Of a DNA stretch of 64,000 nt, positions 47,792 to 59,700 are shown piece by piece. The translations under genes and the position numbers were made by a program. Below the pieces are notes generated by a model that searched no databases, had not been told where the DNA came from, and saw nothing but the letters and a program-made list of their open reading frames with translations. The DNA comes from Phoronis australis (taxonomy: Eukaryota; Animalia; Phoronida), in assembly GCA_002633005.1 (NCBI GenBank), contig NMRA01000258.1, forward strand, positions 331,126 through 395,125, in the 5' to 3' direction. How positions within the stretch are numbered: position 1 is the stretch's first letter; each line of letters opens with the position of its first letter.

Positions 47792-50700
47792 ATGGCAGAC
47801 GAAAGAAATTTTCGTTCACAGTATTATGAAAAGGTGGGATTTAGAAATGTAGAAGAAAAGAAGTCGATTGAAATTTTACTTAAGGAACAACCGCTTGACT
47901 TGAAAAAGCTAAATCAGTTTTGTCTTCGCTTCACGGTTCCAAGTGCTTACAGGATTTTGGTATGGAAGGTTTTGCTTGGTGAGTTTTTTGGACTGTCTGA
48001 CTGGACTGAGTGAGCCTGTGAGGACAACGTTTTTTAATTTTTTTTGCAATACCCATGTGTCATACATTTTTGAAAAGCCCTTGGTGTGAGAAATGAAATG
48101 GTGCAAACATCAGAAAAATTGGGTGAACAGTTACCGAGAAAATGGCCGTTGAAACGCGACGATTAGGCGTAAAATATCTGCTTTTTACATAATTTTGTAA
48201 AAAATATAAGAATACCGTCAGAGGCCCTAAAGTCGTGAGTGCCCTAACGATCTTATTTCCTCTTCTGCGCGGTCCTGCGACGTCTGGCGTTGAAGTTTCC
48301 AGCGTTCGTCTGCTTACGAACGTCAAACGAATACCGGGACGTGTTCGTATTCACAATATGGTAACAAACAGTGAGTGAGTGGCTTCTTTTTTCAAATGTA
48401 TCTTAAAAACAGCATATTTCACTAATTCACTTTTTTGGGCATTTTTGGGATATATTTTCGAAAAGTTGGGTGCAAAACTTATAACAATTTATTTCAATTG
48501 AAACTGAATTAATAAACAATGCAATGCATTTTTATGTCATCTAGAGTAACTGTACGCACTGTAGTTGACTTGTGAGGTCTTACTTCGTGTATTTCCGTCT
48601 AACCGAAACGGTCACGACTTTAGGGCCTCATTCAAAATGGCCGCCGATATCAGCGATCGTTTCAAAACAAGGATTAAGATTGTCAAAACACGTATATTTG
48701 TGAAGGCTGACATATGTCCATGACATCACATGAGCAGTTGCTAACGGACATTGGGTAGTATGACAATCGGCACTTATTATGCTTATATTCACGACTTTAG
48801 GTCACCGGTGTATACACATGTGCTGCATATGAAAAAATTCGTCTCATTGAGACAAACATGGTGGTGTGTATAAAAAATTTGGATCGACGGATTTCTACAG
48901 ATATATTGCTGTTTAAAATGTGTTGTTAGCATATGGAACACTGGCTCATCATCAACCTCATGTTTGATGAAAACAATGGATTGCACAGTTTCAAAGATAA
49001 AGAGCAAGAAACAACACATCACCTCAGAATAAATACATCTGAGCTAGGAGGAAATTTCACATCAAACCACTAAACAACATTGGTGGATTTGGGGAAGGGT
49101 AAGGGGGCCAGCCCGTGCCCCCCCCCCTAAAACTCCCACATTTCATTTGGCAGTTTGAGGGTGCAAATATCTTACACCTTCTTACGGGTAAAATCCTTCG
49201 TAATACTCTGCCCTGGCCCCCCTACTATCTAAAAATTCTAGATCTGCCCTTGAATTCTACTACATGGGCAACACATGGCCTGACAGGGGGCTGGGGAAGG
49301 CTATATAGCTCCCCCACTTTTTTCAGTGCTGGGTGCCACCCATGTACTACTAGATCGTATCATAGCAAAAAACATCAGAAAGTAGACAAAAGACCATTTG
49401 GGAAAACAAATCACTCTTAACATGAAGGATTTCATCATTTACGCAACAAAAACTCTTTGTAATAACTTTATTTCAAAGGGTGAAGTTGCGATGCCATTGA
49501 ACGTAGCTGCTCATGGCGCTGATGTGTGGCGACTTAGTGAACTAACGACTGCTGTTTGAAAACTGCCAATGCGCAGCAGTTTGACAGAATTTCTGAAAAA
49601 GAAATAATTACCAATTAAAAGAGTGATAAATTCTTCATCTAAAAATCGGGGGCATATTGCGCAACTGGAAAAACATCAATCTCCAGACCGATCAAAATTA
49701 GGCCTTCGGGACGATCGAAAACTAGCCATGAAAACTTGGCCCTGACTTCGAGAAAACAACTTGAGGAGATGCGCATGCATATAAACTACATCCTGTGCAA
49801 ATTTCATGTTTGTATCCGAGAGTATAGTGCTCTTTTGGACAGGAGGAACAAGAGGCACTTTTTCGAAAGTTGATCGCATGGCGGAAAATCACGCGCTAAA
49901 AAAAGCTTACAAAAACTGATTTATCAGCGATAAGTCAAGACAAAAAGATTACAAACTTACAAATAAAGACTAAGGTAATGATTTATAACACAAAATTGTC
50001 TTGTAGTTAACTTTGAAGTCTGAAATCGGGTAATTTACCATCGTGGGTTTTACCCGGAGGCAGATATGGAGCAACGTGTCCTACTTTTCGATTGTCCTCC
50101 CTATGGACTGTCTCTATACTTATTTGTAGTCCAGTCATTCTAAGGCTCCAGAGGGCCCAAACTGGAAAAAATTGCAACAGAAGGTTTTTTGCATAAGTGG
50201 CATCTTCAAACATCTCTTGGTCTACCGAAATCAGAGTGGTGGAAATCGGTTTTTCAAGATGGCGGAAAAAATGGCCGCCAAAACCGGTGTTTACAGCTTT
50301 TTGGCATGTTACTCTTTATGCAACAGCTGGAAATAACACAAAAAATCTTGTCATTGGTTATATACTTTTCATAACAGGCATACCAATCAAAAGATGCCAA
50401 TTTCTGTAAAATAAAACCAATATGGCTGACAAATAACAGCCGAAACGGCAATTAATTTGGTACATGTTGCAAAATTTCTTTTCATCTTTTGCCCTGAAAA
50501 TGGCAAAATTTCTATGCATTTGTAAGTTAGACAATCGAAAATATCTGGACCTTACATTTGGCCACTGATTGGAGAAAAAAATCAAGATGGCTGACAAAAT
50601 GGCCACCAACTTACAAATAATTCCAATTTACCGCATGTGCCGGCATTCTGCGAACTTAATTTGTTTGTAACCTGAGAAGCATTTACACAAAAACATTTTA

Positions 50701-53700
50701 CAATCTACAGTTAGGCTTAATGAGTTGATTCTTTATAAAGTTTGTTTTTAAGATTTAGGCACTAAATGTGGAATTTTAATCACATTTTAGATTTTTTAAC
50801 GTAAAATTTGATGTTTTTCGGACAAGGCTTTAGTTAAATTTTCATAAGGAATTTCACACGCTCAATTATTTTTCTGTAAAATATATTCATTTGAGGCTTC
50901 AAAAATAATATTTGTTAGAATATATAATTCTGATGGAATTATTGGCTTATTCGGTACATAGACCCTGAATCACATTGGGCAGGAAGTGGCTTTGCTCTCT
51001 GCTATTGGAGATATTATCATGCAAAGATTTCGTCTGCTACTGGCATGAGTGGAGAATTTGGCAGCTGATTTCACCTTAATTTGATGAAAAATAAATAATT
51101 TTTTGTAACAAAAAGTTAATAATTAAATGTTTAGCATTTAGTACTCAAAATTGGTGTAATATGCATGCTTTTGAGTTGAGAGGAAATAAATGCCAGCAAA
51201 CCAAACGACAGTGCAGTGATCTGCAGTCACTTGTTCTTAGCCTGGCTTGGCTTATTTCATACTGAGATGAGCTTTCTAGGATTTATTGGGTACATAATGT
51301 CATGCAACGGGTTTCAAGTTCTTGAGACCGTGTATGCACCAAACAGTGTGATCCATATCACGGGTGAGAAACAACATGACCGCCGGTACTCTTAAATCAG
51401 ACCGCCTCACCGAAAACAGGACCTCCGGGGATCAAATGGGACCGTCGCACCAGAAAATGGGACTGACACACCTAAAAACATGACCGCCCCACTAGAAAAC
51501 AGGACCGCCAGGGACTGAACATGACCTCCAGGGATTGAAACCGCATATTGTCCGGCGTTCATGTTCAGTCCCCGACGGTCCTGTTTTGTGGTGGGGAGGT
51601 CCCATTTTCTGGTGCGACGGTCCCATTTGATCCCCAGAGGTCCTGTTTTGGGTGAGTCAGTCCGATTTAGAGGACCAGCGGTCATGTTGTGTGGATAGAG
51701 CAAGGAGGGGGCATATGTTGGCAGACTCAGCACTGAATGCTATTATCACAGTTAGAGCAATCAACATCCCACTTCCAAATATTCATGTGGAGAATTTTTT
51801 GCTTACAATGGTCACTGCTCAGATCCCCTTAGCCCCAGACAACTTTTAAGATGCCTATTCAGCATGCCCTTTGTATTGATGTAGATTTGTGGTAATGATG
51901 TGGAATGTAATTGCTAGCACTACTGTCTCAACAATGGTTGTTGTTAGTACCCCCAGTTTGGTTTTCTCTGACATTTGCAAAGTTACAGCCAGCAACTCTG
52001 GAGAGTAGTTTTAACTTGGTACATTATAAATATTACAAAATGACTCTAAAGGTTAACTTGTGTTTATCTTCACAAAGGGCCACTTCCCAAAGGAACAATA
52101 TGTTTCATATTAATTTTGTTATTAAACTTTTAATGCTTCTGCCCACTTGTTTTTTTACCGGGAACGGGTTGATAACTTTTTATCTAAGTTTTAAACTTGA
52201 AGTCCAAAACAGTGGTAGATTTTGATCGCCAGCGAAACTTAATTAGTTAAGTTCATTGTGAGCCCATCCTGAACTTTCCATATTACAGGTAGACCTACAC
52301 TAAACATTTCACGTGTCATTAAGTTTAATCTTTATTAGAACTCAAATCATAAAATACATACAAAAGTGCAAATATGGTGATAACCAGATCTGAAGATTTG
52401 GAATCTTTGGAAATTTCAGTGGCAGACTATATAACTATTTTAGCTCTTTTTCAGTAATAAAAAATGAAAAGTAGGCACAAGATCATAAGTACAACTGTTT
52501 CCTGGTCTAAAATCTGATTAAACGAGATTGAAAGAATATTAAAAATGAATCCATGGGATATCGTTAACTCTGATCAGCGTTTGTATATCCACCGAGTATA
52601 TCAATACGCGTGGTAGTTTATCTTCAATGGTACCCAATGGTTGTAGTTTTTAGACTATTAGTTCATCGATTTTTTAAAATTGAAAACCGTACTTAGTTGT
52701 TTTTTTTCAGCTCAATACGGACGTGATATTTGTTTTTAATGAAAATTAGTGGTTAATGCATTTTGAAAATTCGCCGTTATGTACAATCAGAGATGTTTAA
52801 TACAATTTATGGTCAGGAAAGTAATTGGGTCTCGCTCGCATCCGGCAATGCGGTCATCACAACTGTACCTGACTCCGGCGCCGCACTCTCTTTGATCCTG
52901 ATAAAAGCCGCTCAGAAGGACGAGCGGTGAATATTCCTGCATATCTTTAGAAACAGGTCCTAGCGTTTCTGACTGACTAACGCACGGCAGACGTACGTTC
53001 AGTAACGCTAGGACCTAGCTAGCTACGCTAGGACTTAGCAAAAATCTAGCCAAAGATACGTGTTCTTATTCAAAATACACTGCAGTATCTCATGTAATGT
53101 CACAAAGTCCTTCTTTTTACTTTTAGTGAGGTCCTAGTTCTAGTCAAGCAACTTAAATATCGGATGCTTTGGCACATTTTGCATTATATTTAATGGAAAA
53201 TACAAAGGATTGTTGTAAATTCTTTACTGAAATAAAGACTTACCTTTATGGAATTGTTCTGTTACTATATCTTGTCATCGAAAGCCACATTTATGTTCTG
53301 ACTGATCTTTAAAAAAACCATCTACACTGTAGCAAATCCTCAGAGAACCTAAATATCGGACAGCATGTTTCAGCAAACGCCACACCGCAGAAAACTGACT
53401 AAGTAATGGCCACACGCACCTTGTCGCCAAACTGCAACTCCTGTGTTTTGATATATTTTCTTCTAGAACACAGCTCTGTTCGCTACAAAATTATCCATAA
53501 AATGTAATAGGAAGACGCCACTAAGTTATTTTGATGAATTAGTGAAGACGACTTAAGCACGTGCAATCTCACTGCAGTTTTTAGTATCTCATTGCCTTCT
53601 TGATGTGACACACGCATGACTTGAGTTTAAAAACAAATGAAAAATGAAACTGTGCCATATTGTCAGTTCACTGAGATGATTTGATTGTGGAAAAAGATTT

Positions 53701-56700
53701 TGTTTTCAACTTTTATTACCAGTTGATGCGATCATCCATTTTAGTCCAACTTGGGGGGGGTCTAAATTGCACCCTCTCTCAGTGAAATCAAAATGAGGCA
53801 AAGCCATAAAAAACGAAACGGTGCTGGACATTGAAAGCATTACAATGGAGCAAAAATTGTTATTTATTTCTCAGATTATGTTTCAAGTAAGATTTTATGA
53901 TATGTCCGATATTTAGGGTCTGTCCCATAATTAAGTACACTATGTTTAGTGAACAGTGCCAGTTTGATGAGTGATAGTGTAACTGTGGATGACACCCCGC
54001 TGATTTTCCTTGAACAAACATGTATTTTACCATCTTTCATGTTACATTGAATTCCGTAGAAGTCTGGGTCACAACAACCTGAAGTGTGCTATGTTGATGT
54101 TGTGACATGTGTCTTATGGGTGTGAAGTATGGCCATCTAAAGCCTCTTTAAGGAATATAAATTGCTTGCCAAGTGGCAATTGCCTCTTGGCTTAAGGGTT
54201 TGCTATAAGCAGGACCAAATGAGAGAGTCGGATACTGACAAATCCCACAATTCCCCAGCCATGTGATGACACTAATAACAGTAACATGTGCCTCCCGTTC
54301 AGTAATGCTAGGACCTCGCTAAAAAGCAAGACTTCACGAGAGTACGTGAGATATTGCCGTTTATTTTAAATGAGAACATGTGACTTTGACTAGGTTTTAG
54401 TTTAGGTCCTAGCGTAGGTCCTAGCGTCTACTGAACGCACGCCTAGTCTACGTAAAAAGCAAGAAATGTCGCATACGCGTTTCATGAGCATACTGTTATC
54501 AAGTTGACTGGCTCTACTTTGTATTTGTGGAGAATTATGCAAGAATTGACATTTAGTAGATTGTAAATTTTGTCTGTATAGGTATTCTGCCTGCCTACCA
54601 GTGTACCCACGAAGTGGTCAGTCAACACAGGACAGAGGAGTATAATGATGTACAACGTGCCCTGAGAGTTATGAACAAGATGGACACCACTACTGCTTTA
54701 CCTGAGGTCTTTGTCAAGATGTGGCACGTAGAACGAGGAATGCTGCTGTTTAAAGAAGAGCGGATGGAAAGTGTTGTTATTCAGTTGAAGGGTTGTATTA
54801 CATTGAGAGAATCAATGATTCCATTTATACTGGTCAGTGCACGATTCTGCAACCAGATTGTGTTTGACGACCTGGAATTGGTCCCAAGTCGCCACAGCAA
54901 GTGTCAAAGTTGGACATTAATTCTTTCGAAATTCGTTTCAAATTTGTGGTGACTTCCAAACTTTAGTACGCACATTTTTTTCTAGATTTAATGCATTTGG
55001 TTCACAATTGTTGCATATATTTCATGAGATCAGTGCATTTGCCGTCCTCAGCAGTGAGCACACGTCCAGCACACGCTTGTAACAAGAAGTTAACAAATAG
55101 ATGGAAGACGGATTTTTTTACATAAAAATTATGCATTTATTATCATTGATAAGTAGGTGCAAAAACAAAAAAGAAAAAAAAATCCATTCATACACGCATG
55201 CACACATCAGGAAGGACCATTTTCATATAAAGTAAACAGCTGCCACAAGGAGTTCGTGTAAACATTAAATTTTTCCCATTTCACAGAAAAGCTGTTGTAC
55301 AAAAAAATTGTATGCCCAATAAATTTTTCAGCATTGTAGCATGAGTATATGCAACAAAGTTGTGAATAATCAGTATACGTTATTGCAAACTGTTAAATAG
55401 ATTGTGTCTCATACAGTCCAAGAATCACATTTGTAAGAAAAACAGTTGGAAAGCTGAATTGCGTCTTTTGAAGTATTTTTCTGAATTCCTTCCAAAAATC
55501 TACGGGCCAGAATTCCCAGAAAAGGTGTGACACCGTCTCCGGAGCTTTATTACAAAAGGAATGGAATCCCGAGCTTGGATTTTGACTAAGTGATTGAATG
55601 GTGCATGTTTTTTATGGGTAGAAATTGTAATTTTCACCAGGTTGCCAAATGCTGCTTAGCATCAAGCTAAGCATCAAGCACTGCTGGTTGACTTCTTTCA
55701 TTGGTGTTAGCTTTCTCTGTTTACAAATTGTTGACATTCCACGTTCTGTTCATGAAATTTTATGTTTCAAGTCATTCCAGATGGGCGGCACATGTTGATT
55801 ATTGGCATTGGTACTTCGTCAAGGCAACATGGTCATATCGTCTAATTACTAGTACTTGGATGTCTAAAAAAATCTTACCAGGGCTTGAACCCAGGACCAT
55901 TTCTGTTACTAAAGTACAAGCAGATGCTTTTGTCTATTTAGCCTTTTGAACCGCTGGTCTAACACATATAAGTCTAATCACACTTGATGTGTTGCGTTTT
56001 GAAGAACTTGAAATCCTGTCGAGATGGTAATCTTTTTGACTGTTTTGTGTTATTAATGTGACCATAGTAATTTATCAATAAAAACAACCACGGTTTTAAG
56101 TCGACATGTTTCGGTGTCATTTATTCAATCAGAAGAGAGAATACAGTGGCCACTCCATGTAACTGACTGTATCTGTGCTTCATTACTTGTTTCTGGGCCT
56201 AGCCAGGCGGCCTCTGTATTCTCTCTTCTGATGATGGTGTTTGAATAAATGACACCGAAACATGTCAAGTCGACTTACAACCGTGGTTGTTTTTATTAAT
56301 ATATGCTGGTACTTGCTATCATGGAGACGATAGTAATTCCAATGATCTATTAGTAACAGTTGACGACATGACCATCATTTTGAATATGTTTTGTCCGCCT
56401 GGATGCACTGTTTCAATACTCCCGGTGTCATGCTTGTTTGTACACTTTTTTCATCATATCTAAACTGATATCTTGCACATTTACTTTCAATTCGGTTTTT
56501 GATTCCGTCCATATGAAAATCAAAGCTTTAATTTGGTGATAGTTGAATATCCAGTGAGCTTTAATTCTCTTTCAATTCAATATAGGTGACCAGTGACACC
56601 AGCCATAACTTCATGTCCATTGCCAGCTCATTCTTGGAACTGACAGACGACCATGTTGAAGCCTACTGGTTAACAAAGTCATTCCTTAAACACATGCAAC

Positions 56701-59700
56701 AGTTCAAGTCACAAATAAATCTACTGGTAAGGACTCTGGGAAATTTTACTCACAAAGGCTTTTCTAATTGTGAGCACAACAAATGAAAGCCACTAAATAA
56801 GCGAAAATGAGGGCAAAGGCAGTGCATGGCTAATAATCGACCCATTTTGGTATGTAATGTGTTATCTTCATGCAAAAAATCTGTATTTTACTATTAGTGA
56901 AAACTTAACATAAAATTTATGGTTGCCGATATTTTTCCAAAAATTTAAATTTCAGTCATTGGTGTCATACATCCAAATACCCCAAATTTCAATCTCAATG
57001 TTCAACTGAAAAGACACCATAAAAAGTCAGCTCATCAAGTTGCTAGTTTGTATCTGGCATGATCGAAATTGATTTCTCTCTGCCAGACCATGGGTAACCA
57101 AATCTCGATATCTTGTTACAATTCCTGATCCACGCTGATGTTGTGTGTGCCTGTATATTTCTTAGTGTTGAAGTTGCCATGATGAAATATGAATTCCTTT
57201 TCTTCACATTTTCTAAATGTAATTGACCTACTTCTTGGAATATTCATGTCCACGTTCTCCCAACATTTTGACATGATTTCTAAACCAGATGATATCCCAC
57301 AATGCAATGCCGTGTGAGTGCAATTTTATTGTTCAATCATTCACAGACTAAATACAATTGACTAATCACAAAGGGGTAAACCTGATATGCAAATTACAGT
57401 ATACAACCGGTTTACTAACTCATTAAACTTTGTTGATTGTCATGTCCTATCAGCCATGCAAGACTGAAGCGTTCCTACAGAAGGAAGACTCTGATGTCCG
57501 CCTATATGCTCATCTCCAAAAGCTGGATGCCTTCTCCCACATTCCACTTCTACACTGGTTCACTTCCTGTTTTGCCCATGTCCTTCCACTCGCTTCATTT
57601 CAAAGGTAAACACTTTCTGAGACCCTATTACCTGCAGTTTTAAACTAAGATCAAAAGAATGAGACTACAATTTAATACAGGGAAAATGAGATCTACAAGC
57701 TCTGCTGGACATTCAGTGCTAAGTATCAAAATCAAAACAAGAATACACAGTCTTGTCTATCCTCCTTTTGCGACATTGATTAGTAGACCAATAAAACAAT
57801 ATAATTTTACATCTTTGATCACAGTATCTTGTGCATGTAACCAATGCGTTGCTGTTTATAATTACATGTTTGTATTAATAATTTAAAAAACATGGTTTTT
57901 CATGAAGATTGGTGTAATTTCCACAAAAACATTTTTGTATGAAACTTGCAAATTCTGTTTCTTTAAATTTTGTTAGCTGCAAAAGGCAGTTTCCATTCTT
58001 TTTTAAGGTCTTTTGTGTCAGAAATCAAAACATATTTTCTCAAGGAATGTTGTCATCTTTGCACAAGAACAGCATAAAAAATCTTGTGCAAAAAAATTCT
58101 GTGTGGAAATTAAGGTGATTCGCCTGATTATAGGAAAAATTGAGGATTATTTTTGTGCACACTTAAGATTCTGAGCTCATCAAGGATTTCAAATACTTTT
58201 CAAAGAAATTTTACCCGTGATTGTGAAAGTGTTCTCACTGATTGCCAACGTGGGACTGGCATGTGTTACTGTTAAATCTCTTACGCTATTCACTTGTTTC
58301 ACACAAGGGCTGTTCCAGTAAAATCCGTGCGGGAGGGGGGGGGGAACGGCAGTAGAANCATTCACAGACTAAATACAATTGACTAATCACAAAGGGGTAA
58401 ACCTGATATGCAAATTACAGTATACAACCGGTTTACTAACTCATTAAACTTTGTTGATTGTCATGTCCTATCAGCCATGCAAGACTGAAGCGTTTCTACA
58501 GAAGGAAGACTCTGATGTCCGCCTATATGCTCATCTCCAAAAGCTGGATGCCTTCTCCCACATTCCACTTCTACACTGGTTCACTTCCTGTTTTGCCGAT
58601 GTCCTTCCACTCGCTTCATTTCAAAGGTAAGCACTTTCTGAGACCCTATTACCTGCAGTTTTAAACTAAGATCAAAAGATTGAGACTACAATTTAATACA
58701 GGGAAAATGAGATCTACAAGCTCTGCTGGACATTCAGTGCTAAGTATCAAAATCAAAAGGAGAATACACAGTCTTGTCTATCCTCCTTTTGCGACATTGA
58801 TTAGTAGACCAATAAAACAATATAATTTTACATCCTTGATCACAGTATCTTGTGCATGTAACCAATGCGTTGCTGTTAAAAATTACATGTTCGTATTAAT
58901 AATTTAAAAAACACGGTTTTTCATGAAGATTGGTGTAATTTCCACAAAAACATTTTTGTATGAAACTTGCAAATTCTGTTTCTTTATTTTGTTAGCTGCA
59001 AAAGGGAGTTTCCAGTCTTTTTTAAGGTCTTTTGTGTCAGAAATCAAAACATATTTTCTCAAGGAATGTTGTCATCTTTGCACAAAAACAGCATAAAAAA
59101 TCTTGTGCAAAAAATTCTGTGTGGAAATTAAGGTGATTCGCCTGATTATAGGAAAAATTGAAGATTATTTTTGTGCACACTTAAGATTCTGAGCTCATCA
59201 AGGATTTCAAATACTTTTCAAAGAAATTTTACCCGTGATTGTGAAAGTGTTCTCACTGATTGCCAACGTGGGACTGGCATGTGTTACTGTTAAGTCTCTT
59301 ACGCTATTCACTTGTTTCACACATTAAATGTCATTTTGACGTATTGGACCCAGTTAAATAAAATTACATATTGTGAATTACTATGCATTTCAAAAATTAT
59401 TACCTGGCTAGGACCTTATTAATCCCGACCCTTCTCAACTACCCGGGAACATACAATTGATGGATGCAACCGTCGTCAGAGCACACAGATTAATGCAAAA
59501 ACAAAATTTTGTAAAAATTCCAAGTGCTAATTGAAATAGCCCCTGTGGTTACCTGAATCGGAATAATCAAGACCTGCAATTTTTTCCAAATCGCGTCATA
59601 TAGGTGGCAGATAGGTCATCACTAGTCTGTGATTGGCCAAAAATTAAAAAGGAATTTTCCCCAGATTCTGATTGGATTACTCCACGTCCCTGTTTGATCG

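Noticed and set aside
52897-52940. Second hammerhead-like motif (CTGATAA...GCCGCTC/GAGCGGT...GAATA)
   Set aside because: A stem II is present, but both conserved core segments deviate from CUGANGA/GAAA. At best a dead relic.
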